From IMG/VR virus record IMGVR_UViG_3300018080_007205: 64,000 nucleotides of DNA. One strand, 5' to 3'. Both the position numbers and the translations under genes were made by a program. The notes under the pieces were generated by a model, which did no database searches, was not told where the DNA came from, and saw only the letters and a list, made by a program, of their open reading frames with translations. Shown here one piece after another: positions 15,996-27,344 of this stretch (the first letter of the stretch is position 1; the number at the start of each line of letters is the position of its first letter). This DNA is from an uncultured virus (IMG/VR IMGVR_UViG_3300018080_007205) (Duplodnaviria > Heunggongvirae > Uroviricota > Caudoviricetes).

Positions 15996-16045
15996 TTATT
16001 GATAGTGTCCGGCGAACGCAATTATCCGCCGGACACTATCAATAA
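15996..16045. repeat. perfect 19-bp inverted repeat, 12-nt spacer
   Basis: TTATTGATAGTGTCCGGCG ... CGCCGGACACTATCAATAA. Confidence 0.9.
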
Positions 16046-16127
16046 AGATGAGCCAAGGGGAATGCGGACGAGAGGCATAAAAGCAATTCGCACGCCGGCA
16101 GCACCCTTGGCGGGCTTCCGCCCATTG

Positions 16128-16358
16128 TTACCCGATGCGAAGAAAGACGGTGTTGGGAACAATGTTCGTCAGCTTGTAAGTCCTGTACGGCATCGTATCC
16201 TGCGTCCCGTCAAGGATGCGCTTTACATTGATGCCCTTGATGTGAGTGTCGCTGATGTCCTCGACGCGAAGCTGCACATTTTGTACTGGCTCGCGCGAGC
16301 GCTGCGCCTTGTAGGTGAAGTTGACGATGTCCCCTGACTTCAGGTCTTTGATACTCAT
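16128..16358 (-). CDS. small protein, possibly stand-alone WYL-like domain
   Basis: VNFTY...YRTYKLTNI resembles WYL Y...RxFxxxxI pattern. Confidence 0.5.
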   Translation of the reverse strand: MSIKDLKSGDIVNFTYKAQRSREPVQNVQLRVEDISDTHIKGINVKRILDGTQDTMPYRTYKLTNIVPNTVFLRIG

Positions 16359-16376
16359 TTTCTTTTTCCTTTCCGT

Positions 16377-16763
16377 TTACGGGGAAACGTAGGGCTTCCC
16401 CTTTTCCACAACCACTGGCTCGCTGCGCCTGGAATCCTGCCTGCGGTTTCCCTGCGGTTTGCCTTTGTCTTTTTTTCTGCGCTTGCGGCGCTTATCCTCT
16501 TTCTGCCTCTTTGCTATAAGCTCGTCTGTGTTTTTTGCGCGGAGTGGGCAGCCCGAGCATTCATCCATGTCCCTTTCCCACTCGCCGATCGGACAGCTTT
16601 TGTAGCGCAAGTTTCGCCACCACATGATATGCGGCGATAGCGGGCATGAAAATTCCACTTTCCATGGTACTAGCCTAGGCATCCTTCGCGTATGCTCGTC
16701 GGGGCGCACGCTTTCTCCAGCCCTCATCAGGCGCTTTAGCGAAATTGCTTGTTTTCTTGCCAT
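16377..16763 (-). CDS. hypothetical basic protein
   Basis: GGAGG RBS; four Cys, K/R-rich tail. Confidence 0.65.
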   Translation of the reverse strand: MARKQAISLKRLMRAGESVRPDEHTRRMPRLVPWKVEFSCPLSPHIMWWRNLRYKSCPIGEWERDMDECSGCPLRAKNTDELIAKRQKEDKRRKRRKKDKGKPQGNRRQDSRRSEPVVVEKGKPYVSP

Positions 16764-16773
16764 GGCAATCTCC

Positions 16774-17280
16774 TTACCTCCCGTGGCATCTCTTGAATTT
16801 CACGGGCTTTCCATTTTTTTTCCTGCCGCACGGGCACGGATCGTTTCGCCCGACTTTCGTCGGCTTGTCTATCAGCAACACGCCGTCCAAATGGTCTGTC
16901 TCGTGCTGTATGGCAACGGCCGGCTCGCCCTCGGCCACAACGCCGTTCGGATGCAGATCGTCCTTGAAGACTATTTCGTTGTATCTCCATATGTTGAACC
17001 TGCGGTTCGGTATGCTCAGGCACCCCTCCCCCTTGTTGAGAAACATGCGCCTTACGTCAACAATCTCAGGGTTGATCAGATTTATGTGTACACCATCCAT
17101 TCGCACGATTGCAACGCGCTTGCGAATGCCTATTTGCGGAGCTGCCAGTCCGGCACCATCCACCGGATGGACCGCTAGTTCGTGCTCCAGGCGCTTGATA
17201 ATCGCCTGTGCCTCCTCTTTTCCGGCAGTCCCGCTTTTCCTATGGAGACTTTCAAGGTTTTCGCCTATCGTTAGTATCAT
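16774..17280 (-). CDS. def: peptide deformylase with C-terminal SEC-C motif
   Basis: GAGLAAPQIG, EGCLS, QHETDHLDG; GRNDPCPCG...KFKRCHG. Confidence 0.95.
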   Translation of the reverse strand: MILTIGENLESLHRKSGTAGKEEAQAIIKRLEHELAVHPVDGAGLAAPQIGIRKRVAIVRMDGVHINLINPEIVDVRRMFLNKGEGCLSIPNRRFNIWRYNEIVFKDDLHPNGVVAEGEPAVAIQHETDHLDGVLLIDKPTKVGRNDPCPCGRKKNGKPVKFKRCHGR

Positions 17281-17840
17281 TTTCCGCCTCCTCCGGATGG
17301 CACGAACACGACCGAAATGGCATGCGCTTCAATTTCGGCTGGACCTTCTGCCTGTAGGTTTTCATCGTCCATCATGTCCATGAAACGTTCCATGGTGTTG
17401 CGCCCGGTGTCTATCATGTGCTGGTGCTCTCGACCGCGAAACCTGACAACCACTTTTACGCGATTGCCCGATTCCAAAAATCCAATCGCCCGTTTTACAC
17501 GATAGCCCATGTCGTGGTCAGAGGTGTTTGGACGGAGCTTGATCTCCTTCGTTTGCGTTTTTTTCGATTGCTGGCGAACCTTGCGGTCCTTCTTCGACTT
17601 GTCAAACTTCCACTTTCCGTAGTCTACCATTTTACACACAGGAACGCCATTCTTGCCTGGCGCTACCTGTACAAGATCCAAACCGTCCCTCTTGGCAATC
17701 GCAATGGCGTCCCTGAGCGCAATCACGCCGAGATTGTCGCCGTTTCCCCCTATCGCCAGTACGCTGTGCGCCATTATCTCGCCGTTAACCGGGTCGGCGT
17801 TTGCCGGCCGTTTTTGTGGAGCGCCTTTTCCTCGCCTCAT
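17277..17840 (-). CDS. infC: translation initiation factor IF-3
   Basis: GLDLVQVAP, PVCKMVDYGK, KEIKLRP, VRFRGRE. Confidence 0.95.
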   Translation of the reverse strand: MRRGKGAPQKRPANADPVNGEIMAHSVLAIGGNGDNLGVIALRDAIAIAKRDGLDLVQVAPGKNGVPVCKMVDYGKWKFDKSKKDRKVRQQSKKTQTKEIKLRPNTSDHDMGYRVKRAIGFLESGNRVKVVVRFRGREHQHMIDTGRNTMERFMDMMDDENLQAEGPAEIEAHAISVVFVPSGGGGK

Positions 17841-18916
17841 TCGCAGTACCCCGACCTAGGAAATTTTTGCATGTTCCTCCTTGAAATTCATACTGTTGAA
17901 ATACGCCGGCGCATTACATAATGTGTAGTCCGACAGTGCCATGTCAGAAGTTTTGAAAGTTTTTCTTATGAACGATTCGATGTCCGAGCACGACTTGCGC
18001 CCGCGCTCCACAACCTCCTCCGGAAGCGGATCTGGGGGATTGTTATACACTTTAAACCCGTCGTACTGACCGGGATCACTCCATAGTACGATGTCGAACT
18101 TTTCGCTGGCACAGCCGTCCTGTAGCTTCTCTCTCAGAATGGTTCCGAGCCTGCCAATCAGGAGGTCGCGCGCCAGGAGAAACGCGGGGTCCCAGCTTTC
18201 GCCGTTCTTTCTCAGTACCGGAACCAGGAAAAACGAGTCCTTTCCGTTCACGCCGTCCAGAAAGACGCTGTACCTGCCGGAGGAGTTGCGGCAGCTTCCG
18301 TAGAAAACATACGGTCTTCCAAGCACGCGTATGACAACCGGCGCAATGGTTGGCGGCACCAGCAGTTTTGGTTCCGCGGCATTTTCATGCGACACTGATT
18401 CCTTCTTAGCCTCCGAAAGTTTTGACCTGAGTTCGCTGAACTTTCTTCTCTGCTTTGCGGAGGGTTCAAGGCGCTCTTTCAACAGGTCTTCCTTGGACCC
18501 TGCCAACAGCAGCTCCAGCTCCCCCGCAGCCTCAGGAAAATTCGAAGCCCATATTTTTAGGCGCTCTTGGCGCGCACTCATGTTTCGCCTGACAGCTACA
18601 AATGCCGTAGCTGTGGTTCCGAAGCACGGCAGAAGATTGACGCAACTGCGTCCCAGACCTGCCTTCTGCAGGAATGAAAGGGGAATTCGCACGCGATCCA
18701 TGCTCACTTTGATCTTCCCCGCCAGTTTCCAGTCTTCCGTGTCTGAGTACGATCCGTTTGCGGAAAGCACGACCTCCCCTTTCCTGAAGAATGCCCTGAC
18801 ATCCTTCTCCCGGTTCCACCCCATCATGAAAACCACCCGCCGCGGTATCTCTATCCGCCCGTCGCTCTTGGGCATCAGCGTGGACGCCGGAGAAATCAGC
18901 ATGTGAATTAGGTCTT

Positions 18917-22171
<3,255 letters not shown>

Positions 22172-22198
22172 ATGTCAATGTTTTACGCCTGCAACCGC

Positions 22199-24631
22199 TC
22201 ATTTTCCGGGTCCCATCTCGTACAGGAACTTCCGCACATTCTCAATTTTCCTGCTCTTCGGCACACCGCTCGGGAGGCTCGCAAGGAAAATCCCGCCATA
22301 CGGCTTGACGGCTATCCTCTGGTCCAGCACCACCACGACTCCCCTGTCGCTCATGCTGCGTATCAGCCGCCCGAATCCCTGCTTGAAAGCGATTACGGCC
22401 CGGGGAACGCTGTACGACATGAACCAGCTGTCGCTCCTGGCTGAGATGGCATCCAGGACTGGGTCGTCCGGCGTGGGAAACGGCAGTCTGTCGATCACGA
22501 CGCACGACAGGGAGTCTCCCGGCACGTCCACTCCGGCCCAGAACGACTCCGTTCCCAGCAGCACGGAATCCTTGTCGCTTCTGAACATTTCCACAAGCGA
22601 GGTTCTGGGAGCCTCGCCCTGCCTCATGACGCTCTGTTTGAGCCCTGCAGCCAAGGCGGTCTCGTGCGCCAGCGCAAGGTTCTTGTACGATGTGAACAGT
22701 CCCAGCACGCGCCCGCGAGCCAGCTTGATGGTTTCGACAACGGCATCGGCGACTGCCTGCGGGTACTTGGTCCTGTCAGTGGGCATGGGCATTCCGTCCG
22801 GCACGATCAGCAGCGCCTGCTCTTGGAACCTGAATGGGCTGTCCACTACCAGCTCGTCGGCGACCGCGCATCCCAGCTCGTTTTTCAAATGCCCGAACCT
22901 CCCGTTGACCGCAAGCGTCGCAGATGTCGTAACAACGCTTTTGGAAGACTTGAAGAGCGCCTCGTCCAGCATCGCGCTGACGGAAATGGGTTTCCCCTTC
23001 AGCACAACCGCCTTGTTGCTCTGGATTTCCTCCAGGAAATACACTTCGTTGCTTTCAGCCAGCGTCATTGCGGCGCGGACGTTTCCGGCGATCCGGGCGG
23101 CTGCAGCCGCCGCCTTGGCGTACGATGCCTTCTCATCCCGCTCTACAGCGTTGATCATGGCGCTTCTGAACACCAGCCTGACCTTGTCAAGGGATTCGCA
23201 CAGCGGCTTCCACGCCACGCCCTTCGGCGGCTTCTTGAGCCGTGTTTTGTACTGGCGCGACCTGTACAGCTTCCCGAGGTCGTAGAACATCTGCGACGAC
23301 TGCTCCTTGAGATCCCGGTACAGCCTGGACGGGTCCTCCTCCCCCTCGGCGTGCCGCAGCTTGCTGAGCGGGCTGGCCGCGAATGTGATGCTGCGTTCAG
23401 ACACCCTGAATCCGAAAAAGTCCCTGGCTATGTCCGCCGCCTTGTGCCCTTCGTCGCAGACCACAAAGTCGTAGTCCGGCAGCACGGAAGCCGTACCATC
23501 AGAGGACATGCGGACCTTCAGGTCCGCGAACAGGAGATGGTAATTCGTCACGAACACATTGGCGGACGATGTGCCAGCCTTTGCTCTTTCCGCATAGCAC
23601 TCATCGCGCGACTTGCAGTCGCTGCCCTTGCACTCGTCGCTCGTAACGGAGAACATCCGCCAGATGTCGCCGTACGGCTCGAAGTCCAGCTCGGACTTGT
23701 CCCCGGCGCGCGTGGCGCGCCCCCATTTGATTATGTCGCGGTACTGCTTGAGCCTGACCCTGCTGCTGCGCCCCTTGAGGCTGCTGTCACTCTGCTCCGA
23801 CTGCCAGCGGTCGACGCACAGGTAGTTGTTCCTCCCCTTGATGAGGGCGAACGTGAAATCGATCGGCAGCGCTTTCTTGAGGAACGGCAGGTCCTTGCAG
23901 AACAGCTGCTCTTGCAGGGCGATGTTGGCGGTTACTATTGCAACTTTGACATTTTGCTGTACTGAGCAGTAGGCGGCAGGTATACCATAGGCTATGGACT
24001 TGCCTGTATTGTGCGTCACTGTGAAATCATCTAGTAGATATCTACCATCGCCATCCAACGAAAACCCGAAATAGTCTTCAATCTTTCCGGTCCTCGAAAC
24101 AGAGAATCCTGTTCTTAGAACATTTTTTTTCTCAACTCTGAAAAGTTGATAAATATGTTTTCGGCTTGTCGACCATTCTTCCCATTCTCTAATCGGCACA
24201 TCCAAAACCTCTCCGTCTCTATAATCCTTGCTGCCGGTTTCTATGGGTGGTTTCGTGTTAGTGCGAACAAGCGTTAGGATGTGGCTCCTATTCACGCGCC
24301 ATGCGTTTCCCTTGGTGGGGATGATGTCAACCATTTCTTCACGACCACGGCAGAGCGATAGTACGGTTCTGGCATGGTCATCTGGTCCCATGAGTTTGTC
24401 GCCGACTATAATGTCCTCTACCGTTTTAAGAGACCCGTCGTACATAAGAATTTTCTGACCGGCAGCATGACATCCGGTCGGTCCCTCAACCATCAGATGG
24501 CGACTCTCCCGGAACGACCTGTCAACCGCCCTTGCCATCTCCACCTGTCCGGGGCGCGGCTGATAGTCGTCGAAATGCTTGGAGAGTATGCCGCCCGGAC
24601 CGAACACTTCCGCTATGTATCTTGGCTCCAT
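22199..24631 (-). CDS. DinG/YoaA-family helicase containing an intein
   Basis: RPGQ Q-motif, EGPTG|TGKS Walker A, KGRNNYLC, FeS Cys, DEGH, TSATL, FWAGVDVPG, QGFGRLIRS. Confidence 0.95.
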   Translation of the reverse strand: MEPRYIAEVFGPGGILSKHFDDYQPRPGQVEMARAVDRSFRESRHLMVEGPTGCHAAGQKILMYDGSLKTVEDIIVGDKLMGPDDHARTVLSLCRGREEMVDIIPTKGNAWRVNRSHILTLVRTNTKPPIETGSKDYRDGEVLDVPIREWEEWSTSRKHIYQLFRVEKKNVLRTGFSVSRTGKIEDYFGFSLDGDGRYLLDDFTVTHNTGKSIAYGIPAAYCSVQQNVKVAIVTANIALQEQLFCKDLPFLKKALPIDFTFALIKGRNNYLCVDRWQSEQSDSSLKGRSSRVRLKQYRDIIKWGRATRAGDKSELDFEPYGDIWRMFSVTSDECKGSDCKSRDECYAERAKAGTSSANVFVTNYHLLFADLKVRMSSDGTASVLPDYDFVVCDEGHKAADIARDFFGFRVSERSITFAASPLSKLRHAEGEEDPSRLYRDLKEQSSQMFYDLGKLYRSRQYKTRLKKPPKGVAWKPLCESLDKVRLVFRSAMINAVERDEKASYAKAAAAAARIAGNVRAAMTLAESNEVYFLEEIQSNKAVVLKGKPISVSAMLDEALFKSSKSVVTTSATLAVNGRFGHLKNELGCAVADELVVDSPFRFQEQALLIVPDGMPMPTDRTKYPQAVADAVVETIKLARGRVLGLFTSYKNLALAHETALAAGLKQSVMRQGEAPRTSLVEMFRSDKDSVLLGTESFWAGVDVPGDSLSCVVIDRLPFPTPDDPVLDAISARSDSWFMSYSVPRAVIAFKQGFGRLIRSMSDRGVVVVLDQRIAVKPYGGIFLASLPSGVPKSRKIENVRKFLYEMGPGK
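24008..24472 (-). mobile_element. mini-intein (155 aa) in helicase Walker A
   Basis: Starts CHAAGQ, block-B-like NRSHILT, ends VTHN before +1 Thr; no endonuclease domain. Confidence 0.93.
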
Positions 24632-24993
24632 CAGCCTTGCTCTTCCATATCGTGCGACGACCTCATTTTTGACGACTGGATAGTATCGATGATTGTTTTC
24701 CTGAGATCGGATCCGGCCGGCGTCGTGTCCTTGATAAGGTGGCTGAAGCACGGCATACACAAAGTAAGCGTGTCATGGATGCTGGTGTCGGAATCCGCCC
24801 CCTTCCCGTTGAAGAAGTGGATGTCCAGCACGCACCGCCACACGTGGTCGGTACAGATATCGCAAGTACACGCATCGCACGGTCGCGACTCAGCGCGCTT
24901 GCCGCATGCCGGAATGTCGCATTTGCGGTACGTGACAGTTTCCGTGATCTCCATCTCAATCACCCTGCTGTTCGTTGCTGTTTTCCGAGACAC
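24631..24993 (-). CDS. hypothetical Cys/His-rich protein
   Basis: CDIPAC, CDAC, CTDH, CMPC. Confidence 0.6.
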   Translation of the reverse strand: MSRKTATNSRVIEMEITETVTYRKCDIPACGKRAESRPCDACTCDICTDHVWRCVLDIHFFNGKGADSDTSIHDTLTLCMPCFSHLIKDTTPAGSDLRKTIIDTIQSSKMRSSHDMEEQG

Positions 24994-25489
24994 AGTACCA
25001 CTCTTGCCTGCCGCTAAGCGGGCCCATGCTCATCGCAACCGCGCTGTCCGGAACCCCCGCCAGCGGATTGTTCTCATCCCCATCGCGGTACATACCGCGC
25101 TCGCCCTCGCCGACATAGCGCATGACGTATCCGCCCTTGTCCAGCCTTTTTTCCAGCTTGCGCATTATTCTATGGACCCTCTCCCGGCTTTGTACGTCGC
25201 CAAGATGTAGCACCTGGGCGATCCCTCCCGAGTAGTGCCAGTCCACTTTGGCTTCTGACCGCCTGGCAACCTCGCGCACCCATTCTTCAACCTGCCACGA
25301 GCTGCCGCAGACCAAGGCGACGGACGAACCTTCTTTGAAGATTTTCGAGTCGCATCTTGGAGGGTAAGGTCGTTTGTTCTGATCATCCGTTCGCGGTTCT
25401 TTTCCGATGCCCAGCAGGCTTCCTAGGAGTTTCCTGATTATACCGCTTATCCTCTCATCTTTTCCCACAGCGAAAGCCATGCCTTGCAA
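24956..25489 (-). CDS. hypothetical protein (start uncertain)
   Basis: VEEWVREVA...VDWHYSGGIAQVL core. Confidence 0.6.
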   Translation of the reverse strand: MQGMAFAVGKDERISGIIRKLLGSLLGIGKEPRTDDQNKRPYPPRCDSKIFKEGSSVALVCGSSWQVEEWVREVARRSEAKVDWHYSGGIAQVLHLGDVQSRERVHRIMRKLEKRLDKGGYVMRYVGEGERGMYRDGDENNPLAGVPDSAVAMSMGPLSGRQEWYCVSENSNEQQGD

Positions 25490-26358
25490 GCCACTTGCGG
25501 AACGACGCAGTTGCCGAGGACCCGCAGTCGGTCAGCCCAGGCGGGAGGCCTTGAAGAACCTCCACGAACCGCGGGTTCAAGATCATCCGGCATTTCTCGC
25601 CACCGCTCATGCTCGCAAGGGCTCGGAGGGAATGGCGAACTGGGCCAACGCGCCCCTTTGCGCCGCCACGATTCGAGCCGTACGAGGATGCCACCGGAGT
25701 TGGCCACATCTCCCCCACAGCATCCGGCAGCGTCATGTCGCTCCATTTCCTCTGCTTTCCATCCCTTGTCCGCTTGCTCCAGTCCGCAGCGCCTTTGTGG
25801 TCCCTCGCTGCCGGGGTCGGCGTCGGCCAGGATTTCTTGCCGGCAGGCGAGGATGAAGAGCCGCTTTCTGAGCTGCGGGGCTCCGACTTCCTCCGCGCTG
25901 TATATTCCTGCTTCAACGCGGTAATCCATTCCCCAAAGCTTTTCACATACTTCTTTGAACCCTTTGTTGAGGAGGTTTGGGACATTTTCGAAGAAGCATA
26001 TAGGAGGCGACACCTCTCCGACAATGCGGGCGATGTCTGGCCAGAGGTGACGAGGGTCTTTCGTTCCCTTCTGTTTTCCCGCGACGCTAAACGGCTGACA
26101 CGGAAAGCCTCCAGTAATGAGATCCACTTTTCCACGCCACGGCTTGCCGTCGAAGGTCTTGATGTCGTCCCAGCAAGGAGCTCGATCCAGGACCTCGTCC
26201 TGAATCCTCGCCACGATAACGGTCGCAGCGTAGGCTTCCCGCTCGACATAACAAACAGTTCGGGCTCCTGGGTTTGCGAGCCTGATTCCAAGTTCGAGCG
26301 CTCCGATTCCGGAGCAGAGGGACAGTATTCTTGGGGAACATACAGCCACACTTATCAC
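25447..26358 (-). CDS. DNA (cytosine-5) methyltransferase
   Basis: LSLCSGIG, GGFPCQPFS, ENV, RKRLF, LGNCVVPQ. Confidence 0.92.
   Translation of the reverse strand: MISVAVCSPRILSLCSGIGALELGIRLANPGARTVCYVEREAYAATVIVARIQDEVLDRAPCWDDIKTFDGKPWRGKVDLITGGFPCQPFSVAGKQKGTKDPRHLWPDIARIVGEVSPPICFFENVPNLLNKGFKEVCEKLWGMDYRVEAGIYSAEEVGAPQLRKRLFILACRQEILADADPGSEGPQRRCGLEQADKGWKAEEMERHDAAGCCGGDVANSGGILVRLESWRRKGARWPSSPFPPSPCEHERWREMPDDLEPAVRGGSSRPPAWADRLRVLGNCVVPQVACKAWLSLWEKMRG
25455..26351 (-). CDS. nested alternative-frame ORF of the C5 methyltransferase (WPTP repeats)
   Basis: 298 open codons from ATG; WPTP x2, TLPDAV, LNPRFVEVLQGLPPGLT. Confidence 0.6.
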   Translation of the reverse strand: MWLYVPQEYCPSAPESERSNLESGSQTQEPELFVMSSGKPTLRPLSWRGFRTRSWIELLAGTTSRPSTASRGVEKWISLLEAFRVSRLASRENRRERKTLVTSGQTSPALSERCRLLYASSKMSQTSSTKGSKKYVKSFGEWITALKQEYTARRKSEPRSSESGSSSSPAGKKSWPTPTPAARDHKGAADWSKRTRDGKQRKWSDMTLPDAVGEMWPTPVASSYGSNRGGAKGRVGPVRHSLRALASMSGGEKCRMILNPRFVEVLQGLPPGLTDCGSSATASFRKWLARHGFRCGKR

Positions 26359-26373
26359 CGCCGCTTCCTTGTT

Positions 26374-26817
26374 TTATCTGGTCTTCTCATCTTGCTCCTC
26401 AACTGGTTTGCCAAAGTAGACTTCGCCCAATTCACTGTTGTATTCCGGGCAACACCCAAACTCATCCAGCTCCGGCTCTTTCTCGGCCCACAGGGACTCC
26501 GAGATCACCTCTCCGGTTCCCCTATCTTCTGGCGAGTAAAATTCTCCTTCCAAATACATACCACCCTCTTCGCTTGTTGTGCCGCGAGCTGGTGCCTTGT
26601 ATTTGGATAGGCATGTAAAGATCATCGGACCACCAGACCACGGGTCAAGCTGTACTTCTTCACGTACATACGACTCACCATCGAACCACTCGCCCAGCGG
26701 CACCTCTTCACCGAACATTCCGCATGTCCAGTTTCGTGACTCCACCACTGGCACAAAAGACTTGACGATTTTTTTAGCCTCTTTTGTTAGCCCTATGTAC
26801 TGTGTAGAGCGAGACAT
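26374..26817 (-). CDS. hypothetical protein
   Basis: Coupled ORF; RSTQYIGL...PWSGGPMIFTCL. Confidence 0.7.
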   Translation of the reverse strand: MSRSTQYIGLTKEAKKIVKSFVPVVESRNWTCGMFGEEVPLGEWFDGESYVREEVQLDPWSGGPMIFTCLSKYKAPARGTTSEEGGMYLEGEFYSPEDRGTGEVISESLWAEKEPELDEFGCCPEYNSELGEVYFGKPVEEQDEKTR

Positions 26818-27299
26818 CAGACCTTCCCTTTTAGCTTCAGAGGATCCTTGCCATCGCCCAGTTCAATGGAAGGGTTGAGCGTATCATCTATGTAGTCCAA
26901 GTATTCCCCATGCCTGTGACCCCAGCTGATGGTCGCAGACATTATGCCCTCCGCCATGGGTATCCTGGTGTAGCCTAGGTCCGTCATGTGCTCGCCGAAA
27001 GACCTGACAGCAGCCTTGCGCTTTTCGCTCCATTCATCGCATTTCTGCCTGTGGCTTGCGACGACTTCCTTGGCTTCGGCAATCGTCATGTGGTCTGGGA
27101 ACTTGTCAATTGTCTGCGACATGTGTAGCTTCGGTCTCTTGCCGGCTTTCTCGAATTCGTCTCTGACTTTGAGAAACGCCGCCATGGCCTTCTCAGCGTC
27201 CTGCTCCAGCTGCTCCTCTGTGATGTGATCCGGGGCGAGCAGGTGCGTCGTCGCGCTCCATTCGCCGCAACGGTTGTGCTCTATCCTGACGAGTTTCAT
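26817..27299 (-). CDS. hypothetical protein
   Basis: GAGG RBS, coupled ORF. Confidence 0.7.
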   Translation of the reverse strand: MKLVRIEHNRCGEWSATTHLLAPDHITEEQLEQDAEKAMAAFLKVRDEFEKAGKRPKLHMSQTIDKFPDHMTIAEAKEVVASHRQKCDEWSEKRKAAVRSFGEHMTDLGYTRIPMAEGIMSATISWGHRHGEYLDYIDDTLNPSIELGDGKDPLKLKGKV

Positions 27300-27312
27300 T
27301 TCAATGCCTCTG

Positions 27313-27341
27313 AAAAAACCGGGCGGGACAAGCCCGCCCGG
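27313..27341 (-). terminator. intrinsic terminator
   Basis: CCGGGCGGG/CCCGCCCGG + T6 right after OmpA-domain gene stop. Confidence 0.85.
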
Positions 27342-27344
27342 CGG

